Below are positions 1-13,197 of a DNA stretch of 64,000 bases, in pieces; the first letter of the stretch is position 1, and each line of letters opens with the position of its first letter. The stretch is from Atractiella rhizophila (lineage: Eukaryota): positions 1 to 64,000 of the forward strand of contig MU271346.1 of assembly GCA_021432655.1 (NCBI GenBank). Direction: 5' to 3'. The notes beneath the pieces were generated by a model that was not told the origin of the DNA, did no database searches, and was given only the letters and a program-made list of their open reading frames with translations. The position numbers and the translations under genes are program-made.

Positions 1-948
1 GTTGAATGGAACATAGGATCCGCTCATCCAATATGGAAGTTATTTGGACTATGCCCTCAATAATCCCTATGGGCCAACTACCATCCCACAAGCGGTTGCA
101 GCTTCTAATATCAGCTATTCTCTCGCGGGTGGTTGCAAGGACCAGGTAAGCGTCCGTTCCCGATAAAAGACGTAAATAGTAAATGATCAACTGTCTGTAG
201 ATTCAAGCATGTTACGATGGTGCTTCCGCCGAAGACTGCGCCATCGCCCAATTCTACTGCCAGAACGGCATCTTTACTCCTCTCGTCGGTTCCCAAAACC
301 CGTACTTTATACCACACGTCGCCCCCGACCCGTTCCCGCCAGCCCTTGACAACTATCTGAAGGGAATCAAAGATACGATTGGAGCAGAAGAGGACTGGAA
401 GCAGTTCAACGAACTCGTTTATGGATCATTCATAGCCACAGGTGATTGGATGAAAAATGCTAGACCAGCTTTGGAGAAGGTCATCGATGCTGGAATCAAG
501 ACTTTAATCTATGTTGGAGACGCCGTCAGTTCCTCCTCTTTCTTTCCCTCCTTTATTACGCGAAAAAACTGATGATCTCCATCCGTTGTTGGTCGGTGAA
601 CAGGACTACCTTGCTAACTACATTGGGATTGAGCGGATGATTGGGGTCTTCAACACTTCCCTCGATATCGCCTCTCGATCGCAATCATTGCAGAATTGGA
701 CAGTCGCTAGACAGCCCGCAGGGTTATACTTCAATGCAGGGACATTCAGCTATGTGCGAGTCTTCGGTGCAGGACACGAGGTCTGTTCCCCCTTCCTTGT
801 ATCAATTTAGTTTTGATAGAGGGCTGACTATAATACTTTATGTGTTGGACAGGTGCCAGCTTACACGCATGGAACGCTCGAATACGGACAGGCGGCTTTG
901 CAGATGTTTGACCAGATTATGGCAGGGAAAGGCTTGTTTAGCACCTAA
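1..948 (+). CDS. Serine carboxypeptidase (peptidase S10), 3' part; 5' end lies outside the window
   Basis: Spliced exons read DPLIQYGSYLDYALNNPY, GDWMKNARPALEKVIDAGIKTLIYVGDA-DYLANYIG and FSYVRVFGAGHEV-PAYT (catalytic Asp and His regions of S10); TAA at 946-948. Confidence 0.9.
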
Positions 949-1278
949 TTGTAAATGAGGGGTAGAGATCTTCAATAATTGTAAATTGTCATATTTTGTG
1001 AATAATTCGATTTGCTCCTGTCGGATATATTAAATACCATTGCACAACTTTGTAGAATGTACTAGTTTCTTCGTTTTTTTTTTGCAAAATTGCCTACATC
1101 GTCCATCACTCAGACTCCCTGAACCCTTCCGCCCACCCCTCCAGGTCCACTACACCGCTCCAGAGCCTGCGCTCTTACTCATGCTGCCCTCACAAAGATT
1201 CCCGCTGGTCCACTTCTTTTCACGTTTCCCGGCCTGAAAGCTCCACTTCGGGAAGTGGGACCTGACGGTACGTCATTC

Positions 1279-1290
1279 TATAAAAGCTGG
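1279..1290 (+). promoter_or_regulatory. TATA box (TATAAAAGCTGG) of first DJ-1/Hsp31 gene
   Basis: 90 nt upstream of ATG 1369; the same 12-mer precedes the paralogue at 2882-2893. Confidence 0.65.
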
Positions 1291-1368
1291 CAACACAACC
1301 ATCTTGAAAGTCAAGCATCATTCTAACACTCTCACGGTACTCGTAACAGCTGCACACCAAATCGAGCA

Positions 1369-2266
1369 ATGACAAAGAAGATCCTCATCGTCCTCACTTC
1401 CCATCCTCACACCGATGATTCTCTCGGCGGTTGGTTCCTCGTACGTTCTCTTTTTGCCCGATCAAACTCACTTCACTCACAATCCTGAGGTAGCCCGAAC
1501 TTGCTCATCCTTACAATGTGTTTAAGAAGGCGGGATACTCCCTGACGTTCGCTTCTCCAAAGGGTGGCGAAGCGCCGTTGGATTGGTTTTCTATCGATTT
1601 CTCCAAGCAGCAAAAGGACAGCGAATCGTTGGAATTCTTGGAAAAAAATGTCCGTTTCGTTTCCCTTTCCAGTAGTGGAGGATGTACAGTTGATGAAGTT
1701 GGAGCACAGGAACAAGTCTGGAAGACCACCAAGGTTTTGAGCGAGTTCTCAGGCAAGTCTGGGGAGTACGATGCGATCTTTTATCCTGGTGGTCACGGCC
1801 CTGTCTTTGATCTGGCCGTCGACGAGACTTCCAAGAAACTGATCACGGAATTCTGGGAAGCCGGAAAGGTACTGTTCATCCAATCGAGCTCAACTAGACC
1901 TAAACTTTTCGGCGCCAGGTCGTCTCAGCAGTGTGTCACGGTCCAGCCGTCTTCCGCAACGTCGTCCTCTCCAATGGACAAGATATCGTATCTGAGAAGA
2001 AACTGACGGGGTATACGAATAGCGAAGAAGCAGCGATTGGGGCGACGGAGAAAGTACCTTTCCTTCTCGAGGACGCGCTCGCTGCCAAAGGCGCCGTCTT
2101 TTCGAAAGTCGCGGATTACCAGCCTAACGTTGTTGTCGATGGCAAGTTCATTACTGGCCAAAATCCCGCTAGTGCTGGACCGTAAGTATTCATCATGTTC
2201 ACCGAATTAAAATGACATTGTTGAGGCGATAGGGTCGCTGAGGCAATTGTGAAAGCACTGAGCTGA
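1369..2266 (+). CDS. DJ-1/PfpI family protein, Hsp31-like glyoxalase III/chaperone, copy 1 (multi-exon)
   Basis: MTKKILIVLTSH, GWFL-PELAHPY, FASPKGG, YDAIFYPGGHGP, VSAVCHGP (nucleophile Cys-His) and ITGQNPASA; four short GT-AG introns; TGA 2264-2266. Confidence 0.92.
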
Positions 2267-2881
2267 AGGAATCGAACGAAAGGAGTTTAGTCAAACAATT
2301 GTGTATCAAAGACAATGGGATCAAATTGGGAAATATCAAAGATATACGTTGTAAACTTGAAGTAGCATTGAAATGCCAGCAAAGATCAACTAGTCAGCGT
2401 TGACTTCGCATGTCATATGAATCTTCCAGCCAGTCTGACGAAGAGCTCTAGAACCCGGGCGTTGCTTCTCACGCAGAACCCCACTTTTGCATGTACTTTC
2501 TGATTACCTGCTAGTAGGGCAACAGGAGCTGTGCCAGGGCCACAGATGATGATACCTTGATGATTTGTTGATGTCTCGATTCGAGTTGATTTCACTCAAC
2601 TGTGTCAACGTGTTTGAACGTTTGAGAGCTGGATCCTTCACAGAGACATGTGTGAACGGTAGATGAATACACATTTTGTTGAGATTGTGAGAGTAGGATG
2701 GATGAGAAGGGGAACGAACCAAAGCCAAAAGCAAGTTCTTCAAGTTTAGCTCGGGAACAGCGGCGCCGGGCGCTATTGGAGGTGGTGCAGCCAGAAAGAA
2801 CTGTTCAGAATGAAATGGAATCATTAAGAGAAAGAGCGCACCGTGAACGCCTGGTGGAGGTGGAGGGGTCCTCGTGTAATC

Positions 2882-2893
2882 TATAAAAGCTGG
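2882..2893 (+). promoter_or_regulatory. TATA box (TATAAAAGCTGG) of second DJ-1/Hsp31 gene
   Basis: 80 nt upstream of ATG 2962; identical to the element at 1279-1290. Confidence 0.65.
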
Positions 2894-2961
2894 TTCATGG
2901 CCTTGAAGACGAAGCATCGAACAGCAAGAGCGACGGTTCCAAGCAAATTGAATTGATAGAA

Positions 2962-3858
2962 ATGTCCAAAAAAATCCTCGTCGTCCTCACCTCCCATCCT
3001 CACACAGACGACTCTCTCGGCGGATGGTTTCTTGTACCCTTCTTTTCTTCTCCCATGAGTTTATTGACCTAGTCACCATTTGTTTGGGAATAGCCTGAAC
3101 TCGCCCACCCTTATAATGTGTTCAAGAAAGCCGGATACGAAATGACCTTTGCCTCTCCGAAAGGTGGCGAAGCGCCATTAGACTCGTGGTCTATTGAATT
3201 ATCCAAGCAGGGAAAGGACAGCGACTCGCTCGAGTTCTTGGAAAAGAATGTGCGTTTTCAAAATATTGAAGAATACAGAGGTGATGTCGGGAGACAGGAA
3301 CATGTGTGGAAGAATACCATCACGTTGAGCGAGTTCACAGGCAAATCGGGAGAATACGACGCGATCTTTTATCCCGGTGGTCATGGCCCTATCTTCGATT
3401 TGGCCGTCGACGAGGTCTCCCAGAAACTGATCACCGAGTTCTGGGAAGCAGGAAAGGTACGATGTCTCTTCCCAAGGATGATGAAAAGCTCATTTCACAC
3501 AACCAGGTCGTCTCAGCAGTTTGTCACGGTCCCGGAGTCTTCGTCAATATCATCCTCTCTAACGGGAAGTACCTCGTGTTGGAGAAGAGACTAACTGGGT
3601 ACACTAACTCTGAAGAGGCGGCGATCGACGCGACTGACAAGGTACCTTTCCTGCTCGAGGATGTGCTCTCTGCCAAAGGAGCTCTTTTTCAACGAGCTGG
3701 GGACTATGAGCCCCACGTTGTCAAGGATGGGAAGCTCATCACTGGGCAGAACCCCCCTAGTGCTAAACCGTGAGCTTTGGTTCTTCGATAATGTGATTGA
3801 GAGATGAATGTGCTTGATGAATAGGCTCGCTGAGGCAATTGTTGAGGCATTGAACTGA
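2962..3858 (+). CDS. DJ-1/PfpI family protein, Hsp31-like, copy 2 (tandem paralogue)
   Basis: Same motifs and intron positions as copy 1 (PELAHPY, FYPGGHGP, VCHGP, TGQNP) but diverged introns and synonymous sites; TGA 3856-3858. Confidence 0.92.
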
Positions 3859-5117
3859 AGGAGCGGAGGGGTTTGGGAAGTTATCGTGTATGGAAGAGGG
3901 CAAAACAAAATCAGGTAGGTTTCAAAGAGGCACGTTTTGAATGATCCCAATGGTGCCAATAATCAAACATCATGCCACACCATCAGAGCTCACCCCAAAA
4001 CGTAAACAGCACTAGCATTAGCAGCTCCTTGGTCCTCTTGTTCCGAAATAGTACCTCCAAGAGCTGCAGAACTCTCCGCATCTTGGCGTGGACGATACGA
4101 ATGCCATCTGTGTCTTCCGTTGTTGTCCTCATTATCATTAGTCCCTGCGGAAGACAACTGAAGATGTCCACATTATCTAACACCAACTGCGATCGCTACG
4201 ACAGCTGGAGCTGCTGCTACTTCAGCTCGTGCATAGTGTAGTAATCAGCGAGTCAGCAAGTCACGAATTGAACTTATTTGTTAATATCATGGAATGTCTC
4301 CCAGGAGACTTCAAGTTTGCTGAACGTATGAAGCATGCTCAACGTAAATACTGCACATAAGAACTTGCGCAGAGGGTTCTCGCAGCCTCTGAAGCTCATC
4401 TCCAAGTGACCCATGCCCCATATCATCTAGAAGACTGATCGAACACACCATTAGGAAATCAACACAATGCGGCGTCGACTAATGAGTCGTGCTTCACAAC
4501 CGATCCTCAACGTGATGAGCCCATTCAAAAGCGCTGGTAAAAGCGATCCCCTTTCTCTATGTATCAGAGCACCTACGCTTTGTTGCAGTAAATACTAGGA
4601 TATATATATTACTGGAGAAGGGACGCTGGTCGTATTTTGCTGCTGAGGTGTTGTACAAGGTTCTCGGGTGATAAGCAAGGCTCAGCGGAGAGGCTAACGT
4701 TTGATCTTCTTCCCAACGAATCAACGAACGACGACATTCCTTCCTCGACCCTCGCTTGCAATTTGCGACTCCTTCGCCTTCAGCTGCCCAGGCATAGCTA
4801 AGGGAGGGATACCAGTGACACTAGGAAACTGGGAGAATAGGTTAATAGGTGGGTCTCTAATCCCGGTAGTGTGTTCGGTCTAGCGGCTTTGTCCAATTTA
4901 TTCACTTATTCCTTTCTTCCTCTTTCCTCTTTTCACTCCTGTGTAAATTGCACTTTCGTACGTCTCTTTCTCTGTTTTCCACTCAAAAGAGCAGCGTTAA
5001 GAGACGTGAAGACAGGAACTCGACGCCGGCCGCCATCCTCGTTTCGCATCCAAAAAATACCAAAAACGCTAGAACACCTACGCTCTTTAATCCTTATCAA
5101 CCAAATAACCAACAAGA

Positions 5118-6534
5118 ATGCAACCCACCCTCCTCTTCTCCCTCCTCTCCCTCTTCCTCTCCTCCACCGTCGTCGCAGCGGGTACCCACTCGCCGTCCGG
5201 TCAGGACCTCCAGCGGTTTCAGATCCGTCATCGTCCCTCGGCCATCTCGTTAACAAAACGGCAGAACGACACTGACACGACGGATGCAACCACTGATTCC
5301 AGCGTGGATAACACGGATTCGAGCGATTCGAGCGATTCGAGCACGGATTCGCTAGTTGATGGTGGGAATAATAAAGGGATCTTCGATGGGCTCTTCGGAG
5401 GTGGTGATGACCCCAGTGCGTTTCCCTTTCATTTATTGGTGTTTGTNNNNNNNNNNNNNNNNNNNNNNNNNNNNNNNNNNNNNNNNNNNNNNNNNNNNNN
5501 NNNNNNNNNNNNNNNNNNNNNNNNNNNNNNNNNNNNNNNNNNNNNNNNNNNNNNNNNNNNNNNNNNNNNNNNNNNNNNNNNNNNNNNNNNNNNNNNNNNN
5601 NNNNNNNNNNNNNNNNNNNNNNNNNNNNNNNNNNNNNNNNNNNNNNNNNNNNNNNNNNNNNNNNNNNNNNNNNNNNNNNNCAGACAACAAGAAGAACGAC
5701 AGCGATTCGGGTCTGTCCAAGACCACCACAGTCATCCTCATCGTCGTCGGGTCCTCTATCGGAGGTGCCTTCCTCATCTGGACCCTCATCCGCAAATGGC
5801 GATTCTCGTCCTCCAAACGCTTCCAAGAACGCATGCGTCCCATATCCTTCGGACCTGGTGAGGGAGCCGATGCTACCCCCGAGTTCGGAGGGGCGGTGAA
5901 GAGGAACGACGATTCGTTCAATGAGAAGCAGGGGTGGAATCAGATCGGGGATAACCCGTATGGAGCGAATGTCGATGGAGGTCATCAGCAGCATCAGAGA
6001 GGCGATTCCGGTGATAGTCATGTGACGGGATATGGAAGGATGAATGGTGCTCCTCAGATCCCCGGAGCGAGCTTGAACAGGCAGGACAGCTGGGGAAATA
6101 GGAGCGGGTATGGAGGGTATGAAAGGTGAGTTTCTTTTCTATCTACTCGAACGGGACAAGGAACGGAAGGGCGGACACATGTCTCCCTTTCTTTCTCGTC
6201 CAGAAACCTTTCGCACAGACGCTTCTTGAATGAATGTCTGTTATATGATCGTCTTCAGCGATAGAAAGTGCTCCAACTAACATGTCCAATCCGCAGATCC
6301 CACACGCCGGCTTTCGAACGGGCCGTCACTCCCCAACCTCCGGCTCAACAGCCCTACGCCGCTCCTCAATACCCCGGTCCCTACGGCGGTCCACCCATGC
6401 AAGTCATGCCTCCAATGGACCCTTACGCTCAGGACGCTCAGGGGCTCCCTTACCCAGGGGAGTTTAACCAGAGGATGAACGCAAGGCCGCCGCAACCCGG
6501 TTTCGATCCTTACTACCGTGGTGGAAACTATTAA
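5118..6534 (+). CDS. Single-pass cell-surface protein (Mid2/Wsc-like architecture), spans an assembly gap
   Basis: Signal peptide MQPTLLFSLLSLFLSSTVVAA, possible Kex2 site LTKR, S/T/D-rich ectodomain, TM segment VILIVVGSSIGGAFLIWTLI followed by RKWR, P/Y/G-rich cytoplasmic tail. Confidence 0.7.
5447..5680. other. Assembly gap (234 N)
   Basis: Run of n characters. Confidence 1.
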
Positions 6535-7014
6535 ACGTCCGGCAACTCATCGCTAACCCCTTTCCCTTACCTTACCATCGATCCGTCAAACCTCTGAACA
6601 GTAGTTCTCCGCCAAAGAAGCGCTTCTTTACCCTCTTCAAATTGACTGTTTGATATATTCTTCTCCCTTTTCAACCGTCATTTTTCATCCGCAATTGTTC
6701 TTTTCGGGTCACGGTTTGACCTGCTTTTACATTTACCATTTTCATTTCAGAGATTGATTCTTCACGGGGTGAAACTTGATAGTTGTGGTTTCATTTCGTT
6801 TGCCGTTCGATTGAAGATCAGTGATGAATTTCGTCTTTCTATTCTTTCTATAATCACTGTTGGCTCGCTTGCTTGATTCATACTAGAGAAGTGCTCATAT
6901 AGCTTGGAGTCCCTTGATAGTTCTGGTCATCCTCGATCTGAGGGATTGACGTGGATTGAAAGCTTGTTGACAAATTTGCAGTGTGCCGTCTGAACCGGAT
7001 GATAACTTAAGCAA

Positions 7015-9880
7015 CTAAGGGACATGCCCACTATTTTTCATTGGTAAATTATGAGTACAGGTACTATGCCGCTTTTCACATCTACTTCGCTCCAGAGTAC
7101 AACTGCGGCTAAAAAACAGGGAAGAAATCGTCAGTATCCGCCTCCCAGCCCTCCCAGTGCAGTGTTTCGTGTTCTGCCCTTGCCTGCCCGACCGCGGATC
7201 GTAGAAGGGCTGTTGACCCTGTTGGAGAGGGAAGGAAAGGTTTTGCCCTGACAGCCATGGCGGAGCTTGATTTTGCATGTCGGACGTTGATGAAGGAGCA
7301 GGGCGAGTCAAGGCGGCGTTCTGGTTCGAGGAGGCTGAGCGGAAATGTTGTTGGAGGAAGAATTGCTGCTCGGCGGTTAGCATCGAGAATGGGTCGGAAG
7401 ATGTTTGGGGTTGTGAGTCGGGTTGGAGGGGTTGGGGTAGGATTGGCTGGAAGGGGGAAGAAGTAGGTCGATAGGTTGTTTAGGATCGTGTCGAAGCTAG
7501 GATTACTGGTGCTAGGTGAGGGCAATGGTTGTGTCTGAGGGGTTAGACTGAATGAAAGATTCGAAAACATGTCGTTTTGCATTTGTGCCTGCGAGGTTGT
7601 AGATTGAGACAGGCTTTTGATAAACCGATCGACCTCTTCTTCTGAGGGAGAGAATGCGACGCTTCCTCCCATTCCAGGTGGAACCTCAGGATAGGGCTGA
7701 GATGGGAACACTGGAGTGAAGGAATTTGGTGGTTGTGCGAAAACTGGTTGAGGTGGTGGTTGAGGTTCTGCGAGTCGTTTGTTGAGCTCCATGATGAAGG
7801 CGTTGATGTCGCCATAGGAATACCCTAAGCACTTGAGACCTGTGAGCACGTCCTGACGAGGGACGTCTTCGATCGTATTAAGTGCGTCGACAAGAGCTGT
7901 CCGCATGTCGGGCAGGTGGGATAACGACAGGAAGATGTGCCTAAGCGGCAATATTCGAGGGAGCTTGTTTGAAGCAGGGTCCTGTTATAACGCATCAGCA
8001 TATTCGTTATCCACAAAAAGGGGGAGGGTGAACCTTGAGAGTGGAGACGATGATTTTAGGAACCTCGTCAATTGGTCGCGGACCAGTTGATCGCTGTACC
8101 TCTTCAGTTCCTCCAAGTCGTCTTTCTCCACCTCTCTCCCACCATTCAGAGTGAGAGTGAAATCCTCAATCCCTTCCATCTGGAAAGGTGAGCCGTCATT
8201 TGCCCTCCGTCTGTCGCGGCCTCCCCATGATCTCCTCACGCTGGGAAGCAATCCGGTCTTCCAACACTTTATGAGCGATAAATATCGCCCTTGCGATCTG
8301 CGCCTCGAAGCTGAGGAAGTATGCCCTCCCATCCTTTTTCTTCTCTTTCGAAATCGCTCCTTTCCCATGAACGTTCTCCCACCCTTCCCGTACGCTCTCC
8401 ACGTCCAATCTCGTATCTATAACGCCTTGCCAAAACGACTTCAGCTTCCGCCCTTCTTCCCCTTTTCGTGCCCGTGCTAATGGAGACGCCCATTCTTTTA
8501 CTAGGGAGCGTATGAGTACGGCAACACGGATGTTGAGCGCCATGACGCCATTGTAGACTTGGAGGATGTCGGATGAGGTGGAGATGTGTTGCAAGTGACG
8601 TCCGGAGGGCACGAACAAGGAAGGGGGGAAGGAGAGGTTGGGCGGGAAGAGCTGGGTGATGTCGTCTGGACTGAGAGAGAGAAAATCAGAGGAGGAAAGG
8701 GAAGTGTAAGCGTCTCGTGCGAATATGAAGGGAGAGAGGAAGTGTAGAACGATGGATTCTTGGGACTGTGGGATCGTATTGGTATTCTATCCCATAATGT
8801 CAACTCACGTCACGATAAGACTTGTGAGGTTTCAGCGCACTAATAGATGGCGGAGATGAGAAGCAGCCGATATAAGATATGGTCGTCCAGATTTACAGGT
8901 GTGATCCGATTCTAAGTTACTGTTTCTCAGCGGATTCACTCTTGAAAATGAGGAGAACACAGACGATTCGCCACACTTTCCAACATGAGCAAACAGACTA
9001 AGTTCTCCACAGAAGCTTTCCTCATATACCCTCCATCATCGCCCATCTGTATCGCGCGCTCGGCAAGCGAGTTACAAATTGACTCGCGCCTTCACGTCAA
9101 TAACATCAGAAGGGCAATCGAACAGGTCAGAATTATGAGAACTGACCGTGGTCCAAACTTCATGATATCGTTCCTGCCCCAATGAGCATCGAGCGTTGGG
9201 ACCGAGCCGCCAAGGATGGCCTGACCACAAGGGCATTCAATACACCTGGACAAGAAACGAGGGAGGGGGCGAACGAACTGAATGGTTGCTCCCCCTCGCT
9301 CCAAGTGCGACAAAGCAGGCGCATAGCACTTGTTCTGCGTGCGTTTTCAACGCTTCAGGCTTCCCACCTAGACGTTCAAAGTCTCTCCGGAAATTCGGGA
9401 AGAGTACGCTCGATATGGGATACTGGACCATAAGTTCTTGTACTACTCGCAATTGCATTGTCATTCTTTAATTCATTCGATTGGAGACGCGGAAGGCAAC
9501 GGACCTTGGAGCAAGCTGCCTGCAAGGGCTCTCGCCAATTCAGTCCCAAGCAAGGCGCCTTCATTCCTCGCACTCACACCTGGTACCTTCGCCATCTTCT
9601 TCCCAGTGCCGTCACCTGCTCCAGCTCCCCCGTCACCGGCAGCAGAAGTGAACGCCTTGCGGGTGCATCGGATCCCCTTGTTCTTGCAGGTCACACATCC
9701 ATCCCCCTCGCCGGGTTCGACACCAGGCGGTAGATCGTAATGGCATCGTACCCGTCGTAGGTGGCAGGCATCGCATGCCGCGCGGGCTCGCTTCCGCTTC
9801 CCCGTCGTCGTTGTTGTCGCTTTCGGTGGCGCTATTATCGCAGTTGACGAGGAGGGAGAGGAAGAGGACGTGCCGGACAT
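7015..9880 (-). CDS. Zn(II)2Cys6 fungal transcription factor (multi-exon; 3' end uncertain)
   Basis: KRKRARAACDACHLRRVRC-x15-CVTCKNKGIRC binuclear cluster; middle-homology-like exons (QVLCACFVALGAR, ASVENLVCLLMLES); Q/P/S-rich C-terminus. Confidence 0.88.
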
Positions 9881-10370
9881 GTCGAGATTGCAAGAGTTGG
9901 TAGAGGAAGGTACCTTCTTCTAGACGATGTGAGTGGGAAAGAGATGGGCGTATAAGGTGAAGCGGTTAAATAGCAGTATATGTTTGGGATTCGACTCGAT
10001 CGATCAGAAGTCAAGTCGGGTAAGTTCTTGCAGTCTGGAACGCGGAGTCAGTTGTGTCAGAGCTTCCATTTCTAACAGCAGAGTGGAGATTCAAGGCGGA
10101 AAGACAACGAGGCCGGGAGGCTTACCTTGGTCAAGCCAACCTTTGCTGGGGGTGATACATACAACAGCTTAGACAGCAGCGTTCCGGTCGAAATGTCGGA
10201 GAGGATTCGCGCGGCGCGAGGTGAGTTGGTCGTTGGACCTTGTCCGTGCTCAAGTGTGGGCTACTGCTTTGATGAGCTCTATGTTTTTGAGTGTTCCTGT
10301 GAAGAAGGACGACAAAACACTTGGATTGCTTAGCAAATTTTGTGGAGGGCTTACAGCGAGAATTTGTAGC

Positions 10371-13197
10371 CTTCAGACAACGTCAGTCACGCGCACGCAT
10401 TCAATTCTTGTTTCCAATCTTGCGATTCGGGTCGAGCGCCAGTCCTGCCACGAGTTACAGCCCAAGCGTCCTTGATTCTAGCGTAACTTCACGCAAATCC
10501 AGGCACAAATCTGTATCCAGACATGGACATGTGTCGTTCCAGTTCTTGCTGTTGCGCGGGCGCCAAAGCATAAACTTTCCGCAGCAAAATAAAGTTTCGA
10601 TTCGATCTCACCAGAGTCTTTTCTACTTCCCGGGTTGGTGTATCATTGACTAGTCTTCGCGGATATTAACATTGAATACATTATTTGCTAGCGAGTACGA
10701 ACGACAAAACCAGGCCTAGATCCATCAACTGCTGAATGCTCGAAAGGATGCAACGCAATACACAAATTACAAATGAAAGCTGACAGTCTCTTTTTTGCTC
10801 ACACGCTCTTTGCAGTCGCAGGCTTAGGCCACCCAGGCGAAGGCACATACTTCCCTCCAACCTCCGATCCCGTCGTCCTGATCGGAGCAGGCGCTTCCGC
10901 TCTCAGCTTGACGCTGTCGTGGTACTCCGCGCCAGGAGGGACGTAGCGAGGTCTCCAACAGTGACACCTTCAAACGTTTAGCCTTCAATGTTTACCTTCA
11001 CACGAAAGGGGAGGGAGGAGGAGGAAAGAGAAGACATACCCGCAGGTCGTATGAGGTTCACCTTCTTTTTCTCCATCGTACCACCTGAGGGGAACGATTT
11101 CCAAACAATTGTAAAAGCAAGAAGCAAAGATGTTCGCATACTTGGGAGAGAAGGAGTTGTGTATGGGAGCGACTGTGTCCTTTCCTTCTTTGGAATGCGA
11201 AGAGCGTTCGCCGGCGACGAGCAGGTCCTCGATCGAGATTGAGCTGGAGGTGATCTCTTCGCCGTACGCCGGAGGAGGGTAACGCGGGAAAAGCATCGAG
11301 AGCCAGTCCGTAGGCGGGAGATATTCTGCGATCGAAGGAGGTGGTGTTGGGCGAGGCTGTTCTGTCGTAGTGGTAGGGGATAGGGAGGTGGAGGTGGTGG
11401 AGTTGTGTGGCTTCGAGAGGTAGAGGGAGGATTTGGAGAGGATGACGTCTTTGCAGACGTCGACGTAGATCGGAGAGGAGAGAAGCTTGGACCTGTCGAG
11501 CAACAGCCCGGCTCGGAAGGCTTCGAGCAGCATCCATCGGAAGGGAACGTGCGACGCTCGAGGGGAGACGTCCCCGTCATCTTCCGTCGCTCCTCCTCCG
11601 ATATCTGTGTGACAGCCTGCGAAGAAGAGCTGCTTGACGCTATCATTTCCGTGTCAGCACTGCTTGATGAGATGGATGGCAGACGTACTCTTGTCCCTCC
11701 GAAGGGAAGAAAGGCTCATAGATGAACTTGACCCGCTTCTCGTCCAAAGAAATGGCCTGTCGAAACGTTTGGATGCGATCGTTACTTCAGACAACGTCAG
11801 TCACGCGCACGCATTCAATTCTTGTTTCCAATCTTGCGATTCGGGTCGAGCGCCAGTCCTGCCACGAGTTACAGCCCAAGCGTCCTTGATTCTAGCGTAA
11901 CTTCACGCAAATCCAGGCACAAATCTGTATCCAGACATGGACATGTGTCGTTCCAGTTCTTGCTGTTGCGCGGGCGCCAAAGCATAAACTTTCCGCAGCA
12001 AAATAAAGTTTCGATTCGATCTCACCAGAGTCTTTTCTACTTCCCGGGTTGGTGTATCATTGACTAGTCTTCGCGGATATTAACATTGAATACATTATTT
12101 GCTAGCGAGTACGAACGACAAAACCAGGCCTAGATCCATCAACTGCTGAATGCTCGAAAGGATGCAACGCAATACACAAATTACAAATGAAAGCTGACAG
12201 TCTCTTTTTTGCTCACACGCTCTTTGCAGTCGCAGGCTTAGGCCACCCAGGCGAAGGCACATACTTCCCTCCAACCTCCGATCCCGTCGTCCTGATCGGA
12301 GCAGGCGCTTCCGCTCTCAGCTTGACGCTGTCGTGGTACTCCGCGCCAGGAGGGACGTAGCGAGGTCTCCAACAGTGACACCTTCAAACGTTTAGCCTTC
12401 AATGTTTACCTTCACACGAAAGGGGAGGGAGGAGGAGGAAAGAGAAGACATACCCGCAGGTCGTATGAGGTTCACCTTCTTTTTCTCCATCGTACCACCT
12501 GAGGGGAACGATTTCCAAACAATTGTAAAAGCAAGAAGCAAAGATGTTCGCATACTTGGGAGAGAAGGAGTTGTGTATGGGAGCGACTGTGTCCTTTCCT
12601 TCTTTGGAATGCGAAGAGCGTTCGCCGGCGACGAGCAGGTCCTCGATCGAGATTGAGCTGGACGTGATCTCTTCGCCGTACACCGGAGGAGGGTAACGCG
12701 GGAAAAGCATCGAGAGCCAGTCCGTAGGCGGAAGGTATTCTGCGATCGAAGGAGGTGGTGTTGGACGAGGCTGCTCTGTCGTAGGGGTAGGGGATAGGGA
12801 GGTGGAGGCGGGGGAGTTGTGTGGCTTCGAGAGGTAAAGGGAAGATTTGGAGAGGATGACGTCTTTACAGACATCGACGTAGATCGGAGAGGAGAGAAGC
12901 TTGGACCTGTCGAGCAACAGCCCAGCTCGGAAGGCTTCGAGCAGCATCCATCGGAAGGGAACGTGCGACGCTCGAGGGGAGACGTCCCCGTCATCTTCCG
13001 TCGCTCCTCCTCCGATATCTGTGTGACAGCCTGCGAAGAAGAGCTGCTTGACGCTATCATTTCCGTGTCAGCACTGCTTGATGAGATGTATGGCAGACGT
13101 ACTCTTGTCCCTCCGAAGGGAAGAAAGGCTCATAGATGAACTTGACCCGCTTCTCGTCCAAAGAAATGGCCTGTCGAAACGTTTGGATGCGATCGTT
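10371..13197. repeat. Tandem near-identical duplication 1 (10371-11783 / 11785-13197, period 1414)
   Basis: Both copies start CTTCAGACAACGTCAG and end GGATGCGATCGTT; the ORF track is duplicated at +1414; scattered substitutions in the distal part. Confidence 0.97.
10799..11783 (-). pseudogene. 5'-truncated duplicate (or allelic copy) of the DUF2235 gene 3' half
   Basis: Contains FFAGCHTDIGGG through to the stop but lacks the ATG and the FDGTGN and GFSRG exons. Confidence 0.7.

Noticed and set aside
2413..2700. Short minus-strand ORFs between the DJ-1 copies
   Set aside because: No recognisable motif or coherent exon chain; at most a relic.
3960..4560. Small ORFs on both strands (67-89 aa)
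   Set aside because: No family motif and no supportable gene model.
5316..5352. GATTCGAGC x3 microrepeat
   Set aside because: Encodes the DSS repeat of an S/T/D-rich ectodomain; not a CRISPR or regulatory array.
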